A stretch of 32,000 bases of DNA, from positions 1,170,001 through 1,202,000 of the forward strand of contig OY776328.1 in assembly GCA_963675515.1 (NCBI GenBank), given 5' to 3'. This document shows positions 31,912 to 32,000 of this stretch, piece by piece. A program made the translations under genes and the position numbers. Source of the stretch: Coprobacillaceae bacterium. GTDB taxonomy: Bacteria; Bacillota_I; Bacilli_A; Erysipelotrichales; Coprobacillaceae. The notes below the pieces were generated by a model. The model was given only the letters and a program-made list of their open reading frames with translations. It searched no databases and was not told where the DNA came from. Each line of letters begins with the position of its first letter. Within the stretch, counting starts at the first letter, position 1.

Positions 31912-32000
31912 ATGGTAATGAGATTTGGTTATGAAATTGAGAGGAAAATATTGAATCACCAAATGTTCATTTTAAATCGAGTATATGAAGATCGGACAAT
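31912..32000 (+). CDS. Hypothetical protein, 5' partial (runs off the window)
   Basis: The ATG is preceded by the SD AGGAGGAAAA. The frame is open to the window end (MVMRFGYEIERKILNHQMFILNRVYEDRT...). Confidence 0.45.
   Translation, partial: MVMRFGYEIERKILNHQMFILNRVYEDRT

Noticed and set aside
1-32000. A search for tRNA, rRNA or tmRNA genes and for integrase, relaxase (HUH/His-triad) and coupling-protein genes.
   Set aside because: No cloverleaf-like or rRNA-like segments were seen, and none of the tracked or hand-translated ORFs shows the corresponding protein motifs. These absences are mentioned only in the summary.

Overview
The window has two parts. Positions 1 to about 6,500 are visibly GC-richer, ordinary Bacillota-type housekeeping DNA. 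They carry a small multidrug-export family membrane protein, a GNAT acetyltransferase, an XRE regulator divergent from a PatB/MalY-type C-S lyase, an MBL-fold (COG1237-like) plus DUF5320 pair, and an FAD-dependent pyridine-nucleotide-disulfide oxidoreductase. From about 6,600 to the end the DNA is clearly AT-richer and reads as a mosaic, partly decayed conjugative plasmid or ICE. In order it contains: a group II intron remnant; a Rep/Mob-like gene with iteron-like repeats; a Toprim primase-like gene; parA and a parB-like gene; a LuxR-type regulator; an intact IS256-family element with an 8-bp target duplication; two surface proteins, one a 951-aa multi-repeat adhesin; ssb followed by a tightly packed set of small unknown genes; a HAD phosphatase; an IS3-family transposase remnant; a Gram-positive T4SS fragment (VirB2-like, VirB6/TrbL-like, PrgI/VirB3-like, then only the N-terminal part of VirB4); a self-contained three-gene cargo operon (secreted protein, membrane-anchored CxxC thioredoxin-fold protein, small zinc-ribbon protein); and an ArdC cluster. 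No integrase, relaxase with a recognisable His triad, coupling protein, tRNA, rRNA or CRISPR array was seen. The most unusual signals are not in the ORF track. (1) A 24-bp palindrome, AAAGGTGGCAA(AA/TT)TTGCCACCTTT, occurs five times, each copy in a short gap between same-strand genes; four lie 17-29 nt upstream of the next start codon and one of those sits between parA and parB, so a ParB/KorB-like operator or centromere network is one possibility. (2) Two paralogous untracked genes encode small CxxC...CxxC proteins; one is translationally coupled to a primase that lacks a zinc finger. (3) A ~110-nt direct repeat brackets the adhesin-ssb module. (4) Iteron-like repeats lie next to the Rep-like gene. 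(5) A hyper-acidic 47-aa ORF is coupled to ardC. All functional assignments come from motif recognition by eye, without database searches.
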